Assembly: GCA_030629005.1 (NCBI GenBank)
Contig: DAOVPV010000006.1
Coordinates: forward strand, 3,472-67,471
Origin: a bacterium
Lineage (GTDB): Bacteria; Babelota; Babeliae; Babelales; UASB340
Length of the DNA: 64,000 bases
Direction: 5' to 3'
Positions within the stretch are counted from its first letter, which is position 1. Each line of letters begins with the position of its first letter. Both the position numbers and the translations under genes were made by a program. Under the pieces are notes generated by a model that saw only the letters and a program-made list of their open reading frames with translations, was not told the DNA's origin and did not search any database. Of the stretch, positions 8,519 to 17,279 are shown piece after piece.

Positions 8519-9398
8519 AAATGTGTTGGTAACTGGAGGTGCAGGCTTTATTGGTTCAAACATAGTAAAAGAGTTAGTAAAACTTAACACAAATGTCACA
8601 GTGTTAGATAATTTTTCAACCGGAAGCCTGAATAATCTCAAAGACGTGATTAATAGAATAAATATCATATATGCAGATGTAACAAACATTTTTTCATGCA
8701 AAAAAGCAGTCGCAAAAAAAGATATTGTTTTTCACCTAGCAGCATTAACTTCAGTAAACCAGTCAATCCAAAATCCTAACTTGTACTATAAAGTCAATAC
8801 TCAAGGTACTAAAAATTTACTGGAAGCATGTCGGCTTTGTAAGAACAAGATAAAATTTATATTTTCATCTTCAGCTTCTGTTTATGGAACAAAAAATACA
8901 CTTTGCTCAGAAGATGACACTCCAAATCCACAATCACCGTATGCTAAAAGCAAACTGGATAGTGAATTTTTATGCAAAAAATATAATCAAAAATATAATC
9001 TTAATACTGGAATTTTACGGTATTTTAACGTGTATGGAAAAAATCAAAATCCAAACGGAGAATATGCTGCGGTTGTTGCAAAATTTAAATATAATTTAAT
9101 TAATAATTTACCAATTACAATATTCGGTGATGGTAAACAAACTAGAGATTTCATACATGTAGATGATGTTGCCATGGCAAATATCTTACTAGCAACAAAA
9201 GAAGAAATGAACGGTGAAATCATAAATGTTGCATCTGGACAAAGTATAAATTTACTAAAATTAATTTCAAAATTAGAAACAGAACTAAATAAAAAAACTA
9301 CAAAAATAGAATTTCAACCAGCAAAAGTTGGTGATATAAAAAATTCAAAAGCAAATTGCCAAAAATATAAAAATTTAAGGTTTGATTTTCCCTTTTAA
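8487..9398 (+). CDS. NAD-dependent epimerase/dehydratase (extended SDR)
   Basis: VLVTGGAGFIGSN and the YAKSK catalytic motif are present. It overlaps the upstream gene by 32 nt. GTG 8523 is an alternative start. Confidence 0.85.
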   Translation: MNKLQNVYNNKNVLVTGGAGFIGSNIVKELVKLNTNVTVLDNFSTGSLNNLKDVINRINIIYADVTNIFSCKKAVAKKDIVFHLAALTSVNQSIQNPNLYYKVNTQGTKNLLEACRLCKNKIKFIFSSSASVYGTKNTLCSEDDTPNPQSPYAKSKLDSEFLCKKYNQKYNLNTGILRYFNVYGKNQNPNGEYAAVVAKFKYNLINNLPITIFGDGKQTRDFIHVDDVAMANILLATKEEMNGEIINVASGQSINLLKLISKLETELNKKTTKIEFQPAKVGDIKNSKANCQKYKNLRFDFPF

Positions 9399-9470
9399 AC
9401 CGTTATAATCTTAGTAAATCTTAGTCTGCGGGACTAAAGAAATTTATATGAATATTCAGAGGATAAAAAC

Positions 9471-10601
9471 ATGACAAAAAAAGATTATTACGAGATTTTG
9501 GGCGTATCAAAAGGTGCATCTAAAGACGAAATTAAAAAATCATACAGAAAAATAGCTTTAAAATACCATCCTGACAAAAACCCAGACAATAAGGAAGCAG
9601 AAAATAAATTTAAAGAAGCATCAGAAGCCTACGAAGTTTTATCCAACGAACAAAAAAGAACAAAATACGATCAATTCGGCCACTCTGGCATGCAAGGCGG
9701 CTCAGACTTCCATGAATATGCAGATTTTGGAGATATTTTTTCAAATTTTGGAGATATCTTCTCGGATCTTTTTGGAGCAGGACAAGCCAGACAAACAAGA
9801 AGTAAATCCGGCATAACACCTCAAAGGGGACATGATCTTTCTTTTAACGTAGAAATTTCATTAAAAGAATCTTATCTCGGTGTAAAAAAAGGTATTTATA
9901 TATCTCACTACGTAAGTTGTACTACATGCAATAATTCTGGCTGTACGGCGGGTACAAAACCCGAAAGGTGTATATCATGCCACGGAACCGGTGCAGTAAA
10001 TTACAGACAAGGTTTCTTTTCATTTTCTCAACCATGTAACAAGTGTGGGGGCCAAGGCTTTATAATAAAGACTCCATGTCCAAAATGTAAGGGGCAATCT
10101 CGAACACGAACAAGAGAGACTATAACCGTAAATATACCCGCTGGAGTTTATAACAACGCAGAACTTAGAGTAAAATCAAAAGGTGATGCAGGCGTTTATG
10201 GCGGAAGCTCTGGAGATCTTTACATAAACTTAAGCGTAAAACCTAATAAAATATTTTGGAGAAAAAATAACAATCTTGTAACAAATCTAAATTTAACATA
10301 TCCACAACTAGTTCTTGGTTGCCAAGTAGATATCGAAAATATCGATAGCCAAACTCATACAATAAAAATTCATAAGGGTTGCCAAATAGATGAAGATGTC
10401 GTTCTTCCAGGAAAAGGCTTTGCAATACCAGGTAGCTTAGCTCGAGGAAATTTAATTGTTATTACAAAATGCCATATACCAAAAAAATTACCATCAAAAG
10501 CAAAAGAACTTTTATTAGAGTATGCAGACAAAATAGGTAACAATGTCGAAAGCAACTCTGAATCGGGAATATCAGGTTTTTTTAAAAAATTTTTAGGATA
10601 A
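9471..10601 (+). CDS. dnaJ: molecular chaperone DnaJ
   Basis: A J domain with HPD is followed by a G/F region and four CxxCxGxG zinc-finger repeats. No dnaK or grpE is adjacent. Confidence 0.95.
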   Translation: MTKKDYYEILGVSKGASKDEIKKSYRKIALKYHPDKNPDNKEAENKFKEASEAYEVLSNEQKRTKYDQFGHSGMQGGSDFHEYADFGDIFSNFGDIFSDLFGAGQARQTRSKSGITPQRGHDLSFNVEISLKESYLGVKKGIYISHYVSCTTCNNSGCTAGTKPERCISCHGTGAVNYRQGFFSFSQPCNKCGGQGFIIKTPCPKCKGQSRTRTRETITVNIPAGVYNNAELRVKSKGDAGVYGGSSGDLYINLSVKPNKIFWRKNNNLVTNLNLTYPQLVLGCQVDIENIDSQTHTIKIHKGCQIDEDVVLPGKGFAIPGSLARGNLIVITKCHIPKKLPSKAKELLLEYADKIGNNVESNSESGISGFFKKFLG

Positions 10602-10702
10602 ATTAAATTTATATTATTTTTTTTGTTTTAAAAAATAATATATTTGTTAAAATCTTTTAACATGTAAAGTTTTTAGTTGTGGTTATTTTGAAAGGAATTT
10701 GT

Positions 10703-11437
10703 ATGAAGAAGTTTTTAAAACTTATTGCATTTTGTTTATTATTTTCTGTAAGTGCAAACGCTGTAAGCAAAATTACATTAGAAAAACTCGAAAATATTGT
10801 ACGAAAACTTGAAGATTTGAACAATAATCCTGAAAATCCCGAAAATATAAATAATAAAATAAAAAATATCGAAACAGAATTTGAACTACTACAAAAAGAA
10901 GATCCAAATTTAGAAAACAATGAACTTTCTGAAAAAACAAAAGTTTTAATTGAAACCGTAAAATCTTTTAATGCAGCAGAAAAAAAAGCTTTCTTAAAAA
11001 AATATAAAAAAGAAATTGCTGTTTTAACTGCATTAGTCGCTGCAAGTGCAGCTGGTGGATTTGCTTTAAAGAAAGCATCAGCTAAGCAAGCTGCAAAAGA
11101 ATTAGATAGAATAGAAAACAAAGAAGAATCTAATCGATTTATGAAATGGGCTTCAAAACATGCTAAATTTCTAAAAAAAGAAAAGAAAGAAGAAAAAGAA
11201 AAAGTTGAAGAGATCGTAGAAAATTCAGAAAGCAATATCGAAGAGACGCCAATAAGAATAAGCCGATTGGATCGATTTTGGAATTTTGTTACTCGAGCTA
11301 AAATAGCAAATTCAGAAAGCGATATCGAAGAAGCACCAATAAAAACAGGCCTATTGGATCGATTTTGGAATTTTGTTTCTCGAGCTAAATCTGAAACATC
11401 TGATTCTAGTGAATTATCTGATTCTTTCGACAATTAA
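10703..11437 (+). CDS. secreted coiled-coil protein with 29-aa tandem repeat
   Basis: The signal peptide MKKFLKLIAFCLLFSVSANA begins at an internal ATG of ORF 10679-11437. An 87-bp tandem duplication at 11222-11395 encodes two SES(N/D)IEE.PI....LDRFWNFV.RAK units. The mirror ORF on the - strand was rejected. Confidence 0.7.
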   Translation: MKKFLKLIAFCLLFSVSANAVSKITLEKLENIVRKLEDLNNNPENPENINNKIKNIETEFELLQKEDPNLENNELSEKTKVLIETVKSFNAAEKKAFLKKYKKEIAVLTALVAASAAGGFALKKASAKQAAKELDRIENKEESNRFMKWASKHAKFLKKEKKEEKEKVEEIVENSESNIEETPIRISRLDRFWNFVTRAKIANSESDIEEAPIKTGLLDRFWNFVSRAKSETSDSSELSDSFDN

Positions 11438-11453
11438 TATAATCAATAATATT

Positions 11454-11497
11454 AAAGAGGATGCTAAGCAACTGCTGCTTAGCATCCTCTTTTTTGT
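11454..11497 (+). terminator. rho-independent terminator between convergent genes
   Basis: A perfect 15-bp stem AGAGGATGCTAAGCA / TGCTTAGCATCCTCT is followed by TTTTTTG. Confidence 0.85.
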
Positions 11498-11506
11498 TTA
11501 TAAAAA

Positions 11507-12769
11507 CTATACAACCAAAACTTTTAAAAATTCTTCTAAAGAAGTATCTCCTGAATAAACTTTCTCTAAAGCATCAGCCTCTATAAATTTCATATTTCTT
11601 TGTAATAGCTTTTTTTTAATTTGTGCAAAATCAGATTTTTTAGAAATTAAATCTCGAAGTTCATCATCTACTTTTAACAATTCGAAAACACCTAAGCGCC
11701 CCTTATAACCAAGATTAAAACAGTGATTACAACCACACGGTCTATTAATTTCACTCAAATTAATATTTTCTAAATTAATATTTTTATTTTTAATATATTC
11801 CATTTCTTGATCTGTAATAGCATCTTGAGATTTACAATTATTACAAAGTTTACGAACCAATCTTTGAGATAAAACACCAGACAATGCCGCATTAATTAAA
11901 TAAGGGTCAACGCCCATATTAACTAATCTTGTAATAGAACTAACTGTATCATTGGTGTGTAAAGTACTAAAAACCAAATGCCCCGTTAACGCTGCTTCTA
12001 TAGCAATTTTGGCTGTCTCCTTATCTCGTATTTCTCCAACCATTATAATATCCGGATCTTGTCGTAAAATAGAACGTAAACCTTTTGGAAAAGTAAAACC
12101 GGACTTTTCATTTATCTGACTTTGAACAACACCATCGATGTTATACTCAACAGGATCTTCCATTGTAACAATATTTTTCTGGCCATTATTAAGATATGAC
12201 AATATAGAATACAAAGTCGTCGTTTTACCAGAGCCAGTTGGCCCTGTTATTAAAAAAAATCCATGAGGCCGCCCGACTAAATCTTGCAAACAAGAAACCA
12301 TTTTTGAATTCATACCAAGATTATCTAGGCTAATTTTATTTTTAGAAGCATCAAGTATGCGTATAACCATCTTTTCGCCATAAATAGTTGGAAATGTAGA
12401 AATACGCATATCAACCAAATTATGATCCGACGGTCCCCTAAAAACATTTGCCAAAATTTTGCCATCTTGAGGCATACGCTTTTCAGCAATATCTAAACCT
12501 GACAAGATTTTCAATCTCGAAATAATAGACATACCTATATCAGAATCTATAGAATCTTGATCATACAAAACACCATCAATCCTATAACGAACTCTTAGAT
12601 TTTCTTGATTCTGTTCTAAATGAAGATCTGATGCATTATAATCTACACCAATAAATAAAAGGGAATCCACCAAATCTATTACTTGATCATTGGGAATTCC
12701 CTTTTTTAATTTTTCTTCTTTAGAAAAAAGACTATAAACAAACTCTCTCTCTGCCTTTTTTTCCGCCAC
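11507..12769 (-). CDS. GspE/PilB-family secretion or type IV pilus ATPase
   Basis: Walker A GPTGSGKTTT, MVGEIRD, GHLVFSTLHTND and a tetracysteine motif (CNNC...CNHC) are present. It is short (420 aa) and lacks the long N-terminal domain. Confidence 0.9.
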   Translation of the reverse strand: MAEKKAEREFVYSLFSKEEKLKKGIPNDQVIDLVDSLLFIGVDYNASDLHLEQNQENLRVRYRIDGVLYDQDSIDSDIGMSIISRLKILSGLDIAEKRMPQDGKILANVFRGPSDHNLVDMRISTFPTIYGEKMVIRILDASKNKISLDNLGMNSKMVSCLQDLVGRPHGFFLITGPTGSGKTTTLYSILSYLNNGQKNIVTMEDPVEYNIDGVVQSQINEKSGFTFPKGLRSILRQDPDIIMVGEIRDKETAKIAIEAALTGHLVFSTLHTNDTVSSITRLVNMGVDPYLINAALSGVLSQRLVRKLCNNCKSQDAITDQEMEYIKNKNINLENINLSEINRPCGCNHCFNLGYKGRLGVFELLKVDDELRDLISKKSDFAQIKKKLLQRNMKFIEADALEKVYSGDTSLEEFLKVLVV

Positions 12770-12776
12770 TATTAAT

Positions 12777-13184
12777 TTATCCTAATTTATATCCAATTAA
12801 AAAACCAACAGTACAAGAAACAAAAGTCACCAAATTTTGCTTAATCCACTCAAAAGCAGTATTCAAAAGCATTCCAAAATCTGATGTTGGATCAAGGCCT
12901 AAAAGAAGGTTTAAAGCAGTCCAATCTATAGCTAAAACATTTTTATACTCAAAAACCAAAACTATTACCATTGCAAATAAAATAGTAAAAAAAACAAATT
13001 TAAAATATTTTTTAAATAAAAATCCAATAGCAAAGCCTAAACCAAAATATACTGCAGCCTGAACAGCCTGAGAAGACGATCCTCCAATTTGTTCCGACCA
13101 TTTTTTTATATCAACAGCCTCCCAAATAGACTTAATCCAATTTATAAAACTTTCGAATCTTCCCGGAGCAATGGTATCTTGCAT
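12777..13184 (-). CDS. small integral membrane protein, FUN14-like
   Basis: 135 aa with 3-4 hydrophobic helices. GLGFAIGFLFKK and the C-terminal GFLIGYKLG resemble the FUN14 family pattern. Confidence 0.55.
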   Translation of the reverse strand: MQDTIAPGRFESFINWIKSIWEAVDIKKWSEQIGGSSSQAVQAAVYFGLGFAIGFLFKKYFKFVFFTILFAMVIVLVFEYKNVLAIDWTALNLLLGLDPTSDFGMLLNTAFEWIKQNLVTFVSCTVGFLIGYKLG

Positions 13185-13321
13185 ATTCTACTCCCCGATA
13201 TAAAATAAAAAATCAAACTTAACAAAAATAAACCTAACAAAAATAAATAACAAAAAACCAGATTAATAGAAAATATTTTAAATACTATATTTAAATCTAT
13301 AAAAAAATAAAAATTTTACAT

Positions 13322-13363
13322 AAAAAAAATTGCAGGTCAACAAAAGTTTCCTGCAATTTTTTT
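13322..13363 (-). terminator. rho-independent terminator after hup
   Basis: The hairpin ATTGCAGG / CCTGCAAT is flanked by an A-run and a T-run, so its form is bidirectional. Confidence 0.75.
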
Positions 13364-13392
13364 ACCTAAAATTAAAAAATTTAGTCGCTTAA

Positions 13393-13665
13393 TTAACGAA
13401 CTAAATCTTTTAATTTTTTTCCTGGCTTAAACTTAGGAACATTCTTTGAAGGAATTTGCATTTTTTTGCCAGTAGCAGGATTAATACCTGTTCTAGCTTT
13501 TCTCTTCATTACAGAAAACGTTCCAAAGCCTGTTAAAACAACATTTTTTTTCTTTTTTAAAGATTTTCCTACTGATTCTATAAATGCTTCTAAAACATCT
13601 TTACAAGCGGTTTTAGACAACTTTGTTGTTTTTGCCATCATATCTATCAAAGCGGCTTTATTCAT
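13393..13665 (-). CDS. hup: DNA-binding protein HU
   Basis: 90 aa. The sequence MNKAALID...GFGTFSV..R.AR.GINP.TG is the typical HU/IHF fold signature. Confidence 0.95.
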   Translation of the reverse strand: MNKAALIDMMAKTTKLSKTACKDVLEAFIESVGKSLKKKKNVVLTGFGTFSVMKRKARTGINPATGKKMQIPSKNVPKFKPGKKLKDLVR

Positions 13666-13832
13666 ACATAACTCCTAAAATTCTGGCATGATTTCTAATT
13701 AGTCAACACAAACACACAAACAACACAAACTTTTTATAAGCATATCTACGATGTATATTGACATGATTTTTCTTTGTCAAGAAATTGCATAAATAATCGC
13801 TACGCCAATCGTAGCTTAATCAAATTTCTATT

Positions 13833-13871
13833 AGCCCTACTTCGCTCTAAAGAACTACGAAGAGCACACGG
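13833..13871 (-). repeat. GC-rich tRNA-linked repeat module R2
   Basis: AGCCCTACTTCGCTCTAAAGAACTACGAAGAGCACACGG is a copy of 2834-2876. Its TACTTCGCTC (13838-13847) is the perfect complement of the tRNA-Leu trailer at 13927-13936. Confidence 0.7.
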
Positions 13872-13936
13872 CAGAATAAACTCCGCTACTTCATCCCAAG
13901 TAATTTACTTGTAAATCATATCGAGGGAGCGAAGTA

Positions 13937-14024
13937 TGGTGCCGAGGGCCGGACTCGAACCGGCACAGGTTTAAAACCCGAGGGATTTTAAGTCCCTTGC
14001 GTCTACCAATTCCGCCACCCCGGC
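13937..14024 (-). tRNA. tRNA-Leu (anticodon UAA), long variable arm, CCA encoded
   Basis: The reverse complement is GCCGGGGTGGCGGAATTGGTAGACGCAAGGGACTTAAAATCCCTCGGG...GGTTCGAGTCCGGCCCTCGGCACCA. The anticodon loop is CTTAAAA. Confidence 0.95.
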
Positions 14025-14128
14025 ATATAATAACCGTTATAATTATGTACAATTTTTAAATATTAGCAACATTTTTTTGTTTTATTTTTTAGAAAAAAAA
14101 TTTTAGTGAATATTTTAAATTGAAGAAA

Positions 14129-14193
14129 TGGCCGTGCCATACGACTTGTCCTACGAAGCCACGTGGGGCGTAGTAGGAAGCCTTGGCGAAGTA
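14129..14193 (-). repeat. GC-rich tRNA-trailer repeat module R1 plus CCA-adjacent box
   Basis: The sequence is TGGCCGTGCCATACGACTTGTCCTACGAAGCCACGTGGGGCGTAGTAGGAAGCCTTGGCGAAGTA. It has an internal imperfect hairpin around the palindrome CCACGTGG. It abuts the tRNA-Cys 3' end. Confidence 0.75.
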
Positions 14194-14267
14194 TGGAGGC
14201 GGCACCCGGAATTGAACCGGGGATAGCGGTTTTGCAGACCGCGGCCTTACCACTTGGCTATGCCGCC
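14194..14267 (-). tRNA. tRNA-Cys (anticodon GCA), CCA encoded
   Basis: The reverse complement is GGCGGCATAGCCAAGTGGTAAGGCCGCGGTCTGCAAAACCGCTATCCCCGGTTCAATTCCGGGTGCCGCCTCCA. The U73 discriminator typical of tRNA-Cys is present. The 5' end lies 6 nt after the miaB stop codon. Confidence 0.95.
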
Positions 14268-14273
14268 ACAACA

Positions 14274-15617
14274 TTATTCTATCAAAGATCCAATTAAGTT
14301 TGTAGCTCTTGCAGAGTTTATCTTAATATTAACAAATGTGTCAATTTTTGCGAGATCACCATCAAACAAAATTGTATGATTCCCCGCAGACCGAGCTAAA
14401 AGCATGCCATTTACAGCTTCTTTTTCAACTAAACATTTTAAAATACAACCAACATAGTTTTCGTTATTTGCTCTTGAAATATCTACCTGAATTTTTTGCA
14501 GAATAGCTAATCGGGATTGCTTTTGCTCATATGACAAATTATCTTTTAACATTGCAGCTTTTGTAAATTTTCTAGGCGAATAAATAAATGAAAATATATT
14601 ATCAAATTTTATTTTTTTAATAACCTCTAAAGTTTGCTCAAAATCTTGGTCAGTCTCCCCAGGAAAACCAACTATTATATCTGTAGAAATAGTTGCATCC
14701 GGCAAATAATTTCTAATCCAATCCACTTGTTTTAAATATTTTTCTAGAGTATAAGATCTATTCATAGCCTTTAAAATTTTATTCGAGCCAGACTGCAACG
14801 GATGATGTACAAATCCACAAACTTTCTCTTTATATTTAGCCATTACTTTTATGACATCTAAAGTCATATCTTTTGGATGAGAACTTACAAAGCGCACCCA
14901 AAAATCACCTTCTAATTTTGCAACAGCTTCTAGCAGCTGAGCAAAATTTAAATTAGTTTCAGGACATTTATAAGAATTTACATTCTGACCTAATAGAAAT
15001 ATTTCTTTTGTGCCCAAAGCAATATCTTGTTTTATTTTTTCTAAAATTTCTTTTGAACTATAACTAATTTCACTACCTCTAGTAAACGGCACAATGCAAT
15101 AGGTACAAAAATTGTTACATCCGGTCATAATATTTATAAAAGACTGCGTACTATGCCTCGTCTCTCTTCTAACTCCACCAAGCTTAAAATTATTTTTATC
15201 TTGATTGTCTAAAAAATCTTTTTTATTCGGGACCAAAAGACTCTTGCTAGTTTGCATAGATAAAACTATATCAATAAGCTTATCTCTCAAAACGTTTTTA
15301 TCATCTCGCGAACCACTAACAAATGTAATAAATCCAAATCTTACATAAAAATCTTTCTTTTTATAACTAGCCACACAACCTATAACTATAATTTTTAATA
15401 AACTATTTCGTTTTTGCAATTTAGCTAACCTGCCAAGATATGAATATATTTTTTGCTCAGACTTTTCCCTTATTGCACAAGTATTAATAATAATTAGATC
15501 AGCCAATTTTTCTGAATAAACTTGTTTACAATCCAAATTTACTAAAAAATTTGCTACAGCTTGTGAATCAGCAACGTTTGCCTGGCAACCATATGTTTTT
15601 ATAAAGAAATTAATCAT
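14274..15617 (-). CDS. miaB: tRNA-i6A37 methylthiotransferase MiaB
   Basis: The N-terminal FIKTYGCQANVADS, the radical-SAM CNNFCTYC motif and a C-terminal TRAM-like domain are all present. Confidence 0.85.
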   Translation of the reverse strand: MINFFIKTYGCQANVADSQAVANFLVNLDCKQVYSEKLADLIIINTCAIREKSEQKIYSYLGRLAKLQKRNSLLKIIVIGCVASYKKKDFYVRFGFITFVSGSRDDKNVLRDKLIDIVLSMQTSKSLLVPNKKDFLDNQDKNNFKLGGVRRETRHSTQSFINIMTGCNNFCTYCIVPFTRGSEISYSSKEILEKIKQDIALGTKEIFLLGQNVNSYKCPETNLNFAQLLEAVAKLEGDFWVRFVSSHPKDMTLDVIKVMAKYKEKVCGFVHHPLQSGSNKILKAMNRSYTLEKYLKQVDWIRNYLPDATISTDIIVGFPGETDQDFEQTLEVIKKIKFDNIFSFIYSPRKFTKAAMLKDNLSYEQKQSRLAILQKIQVDISRANNENYVGCILKCLVEKEAVNGMLLARSAGNHTILFDGDLAKIDTFVNIKINSARATNLIGSLIE

Positions 15618-15697
15618 ATTGAAAACCTAGTATTAATTTTAGTTAAAGATAGATATTATTATAAATAAAAGAAAAAAAAGGTTAAATGGGTAAAGAC

Positions 15698-16288
15698 TCA
15701 TAATTTAAAATCAATAAAATCATCAATATCAGATAATCCATTTAATCCATTTGCAGCTTCAAAAATAAAGATTGTACGCTCTTCAGATAAATTTAGATAG
15801 GCCTTTAGGTTAAATCCTTTAAAAAAATATTCATCCAGCTTTAATTTTTCAGAAATTTCTTTTAAATGCCTATAAAACACAATTAAAGCAACAACATAAA
15901 AACTATTTTCCCGTGTTAATTTATTTTTACATCTTTTTAAAATTAAGTTTTCAATTGATAGATAAATTAAATCATCAAAAAAAATTTTTCCAAGTAATAC
16001 TTTTCCCAAATTATTAAAAAAAATAGTACAGAAATATTTAAATTCACAAGAAACATTAGAAATCCCTTCAGAATCACTTCCAATAATTTCTCTAATTTTC
16101 TTTAAAGAAACCTGTTCTTTTTTATCAAAGCATTTAATTATTTTATCACTAATCTCGTAAGAAATATTTTTAATAGATTGCATACAAAAAGAAGAATCGA
16201 AATATAAAAACATGGAAGGCAAAATATATATTAATAAAATTATTAATTTTTTATTCAATGAAAAACTCATAATTTTACAAAATAACAT
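15698..16288 (-). CDS. hypothetical protein with N-terminal hydrophobic segment
   Basis: 196-aa ORF with a signal- or TM-like N-terminus. No family recognised. Confidence 0.5.
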   Translation of the reverse strand: MLFCKIMSFSLNKKLIILLIYILPSMFLYFDSSFCMQSIKNISYEISDKIIKCFDKKEQVSLKKIREIIGSDSEGISNVSCEFKYFCTIFFNNLGKVLLGKIFFDDLIYLSIENLILKRCKNKLTRENSFYVVALIVFYRHLKEISEKLKLDEYFFKGFNLKAYLNLSEERTIFIFEAANGLNGLSDIDDFIDFKL

Positions 16289-16372
16289 AAACTTTATAGA
16301 TTAATTACCTAGTTACACATTTTACTTTGACAACGAATTTAAAATTCTGGCACGACAAGAAAAGGCTCTTCC

Positions 16373-16882
16373 TTAAATAAACTCTTTCAAATGTTTTGCA
16401 TAAATATCTTTACCTAACGTTGTTGCAGGAAAAAGATATTCCACTAAACCATATTTACGAGCTTCAGAATTAAATCTCCAATACATTGAATACCAAATAG
16501 AATTAAATCTTCTATCTTCATTCAAGCAGGAATAAATTTCCGGATATTTTTCAATATAACGGTTTACAATATAATTAATACACTCACCAACTATATTTTC
16601 AATATCTTTAAAATTTCCCTGTTCTTCAAAATTTTTAAGTTCTTCTACAACAAGTCCACAAAAAATTCTAAAATATAGATCACTTTTTATATCTCGTTCA
16701 CCATCGCTATCTGCAATCTCTTTTATAAAGCCATATGAATCTTGTAAACAAGAAACAGTAGTCAAACTAGGAACAGAAGAAGACCCAGCAAAAGATTTTT
16801 CTCTCAAAGAAGTAAAAGAAGTATTTACTAAAAATACAATACTAACCAACAATGTTAAGCTTTTCTTAGATATTATCCACAC
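16373..16882 (-). CDS. hypothetical secreted protein
   Basis: 169-aa ORF with a signal-like N-terminus (LTLLVSIVFLVNTSFTS). No family recognised. Confidence 0.55.
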   Translation of the reverse strand: MWIISKKSLTLLVSIVFLVNTSFTSLREKSFAGSSSVPSLTTVSCLQDSYGFIKEIADSDGERDIKSDLYFRIFCGLVVEELKNFEEQGNFKDIENIVGECINYIVNRYIEKYPEIYSCLNEDRRFNSIWYSMYWRFNSEARKYGLVEYLFPATTLGKDIYAKHLKEFI

Positions 16883-17279
16883 AAAAATCTCCTTAACAAA
16901 ATTATTATCATAAAAAAATTAAACTACGACAAAGTAAGTTTAGATAAATTTAAAAGAAATAAAAGCTACAAATTATATTTTTATCATTGCTAAAAAAATA
17001 TGGCTAAGAAACATCAATCAAAAACAATGTTCCAATTAACAAAACAAATATCTTTTTTTATTTAAAATCTTCAGAAAAACCTCACATTTTTAATATTTTC
17101 AACTATTTTATACAATATAATTTGCCTCAAAACATACACATATTACAAATGGTAATAAGCTAAATGGCCTATAAACATATCTTTTTTGCAAAAATAATCA
17201 ATCTTTTTATAATAATTATCTGATCCAATCCAATTAAGAAATAAATTCAAGAAATTCAGTTTTAATAAATAGGTGAAAA

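Noticed and set aside
10657-11433. 258-aa ORF on the - strand that mirrors the 10703-11437 gene.
   Set aside because: It is antisense to an ORF with a clean signal peptide, an RBS and a terminator. Its translation is low-complexity S/F-rich, typical of the reverse frame of a K/E-rich gene.
14089-14274. 61-aa ORF in the supplied track.
   Set aside because: It is fully explained by tRNA-Cys and the GC-rich trailer repeat.
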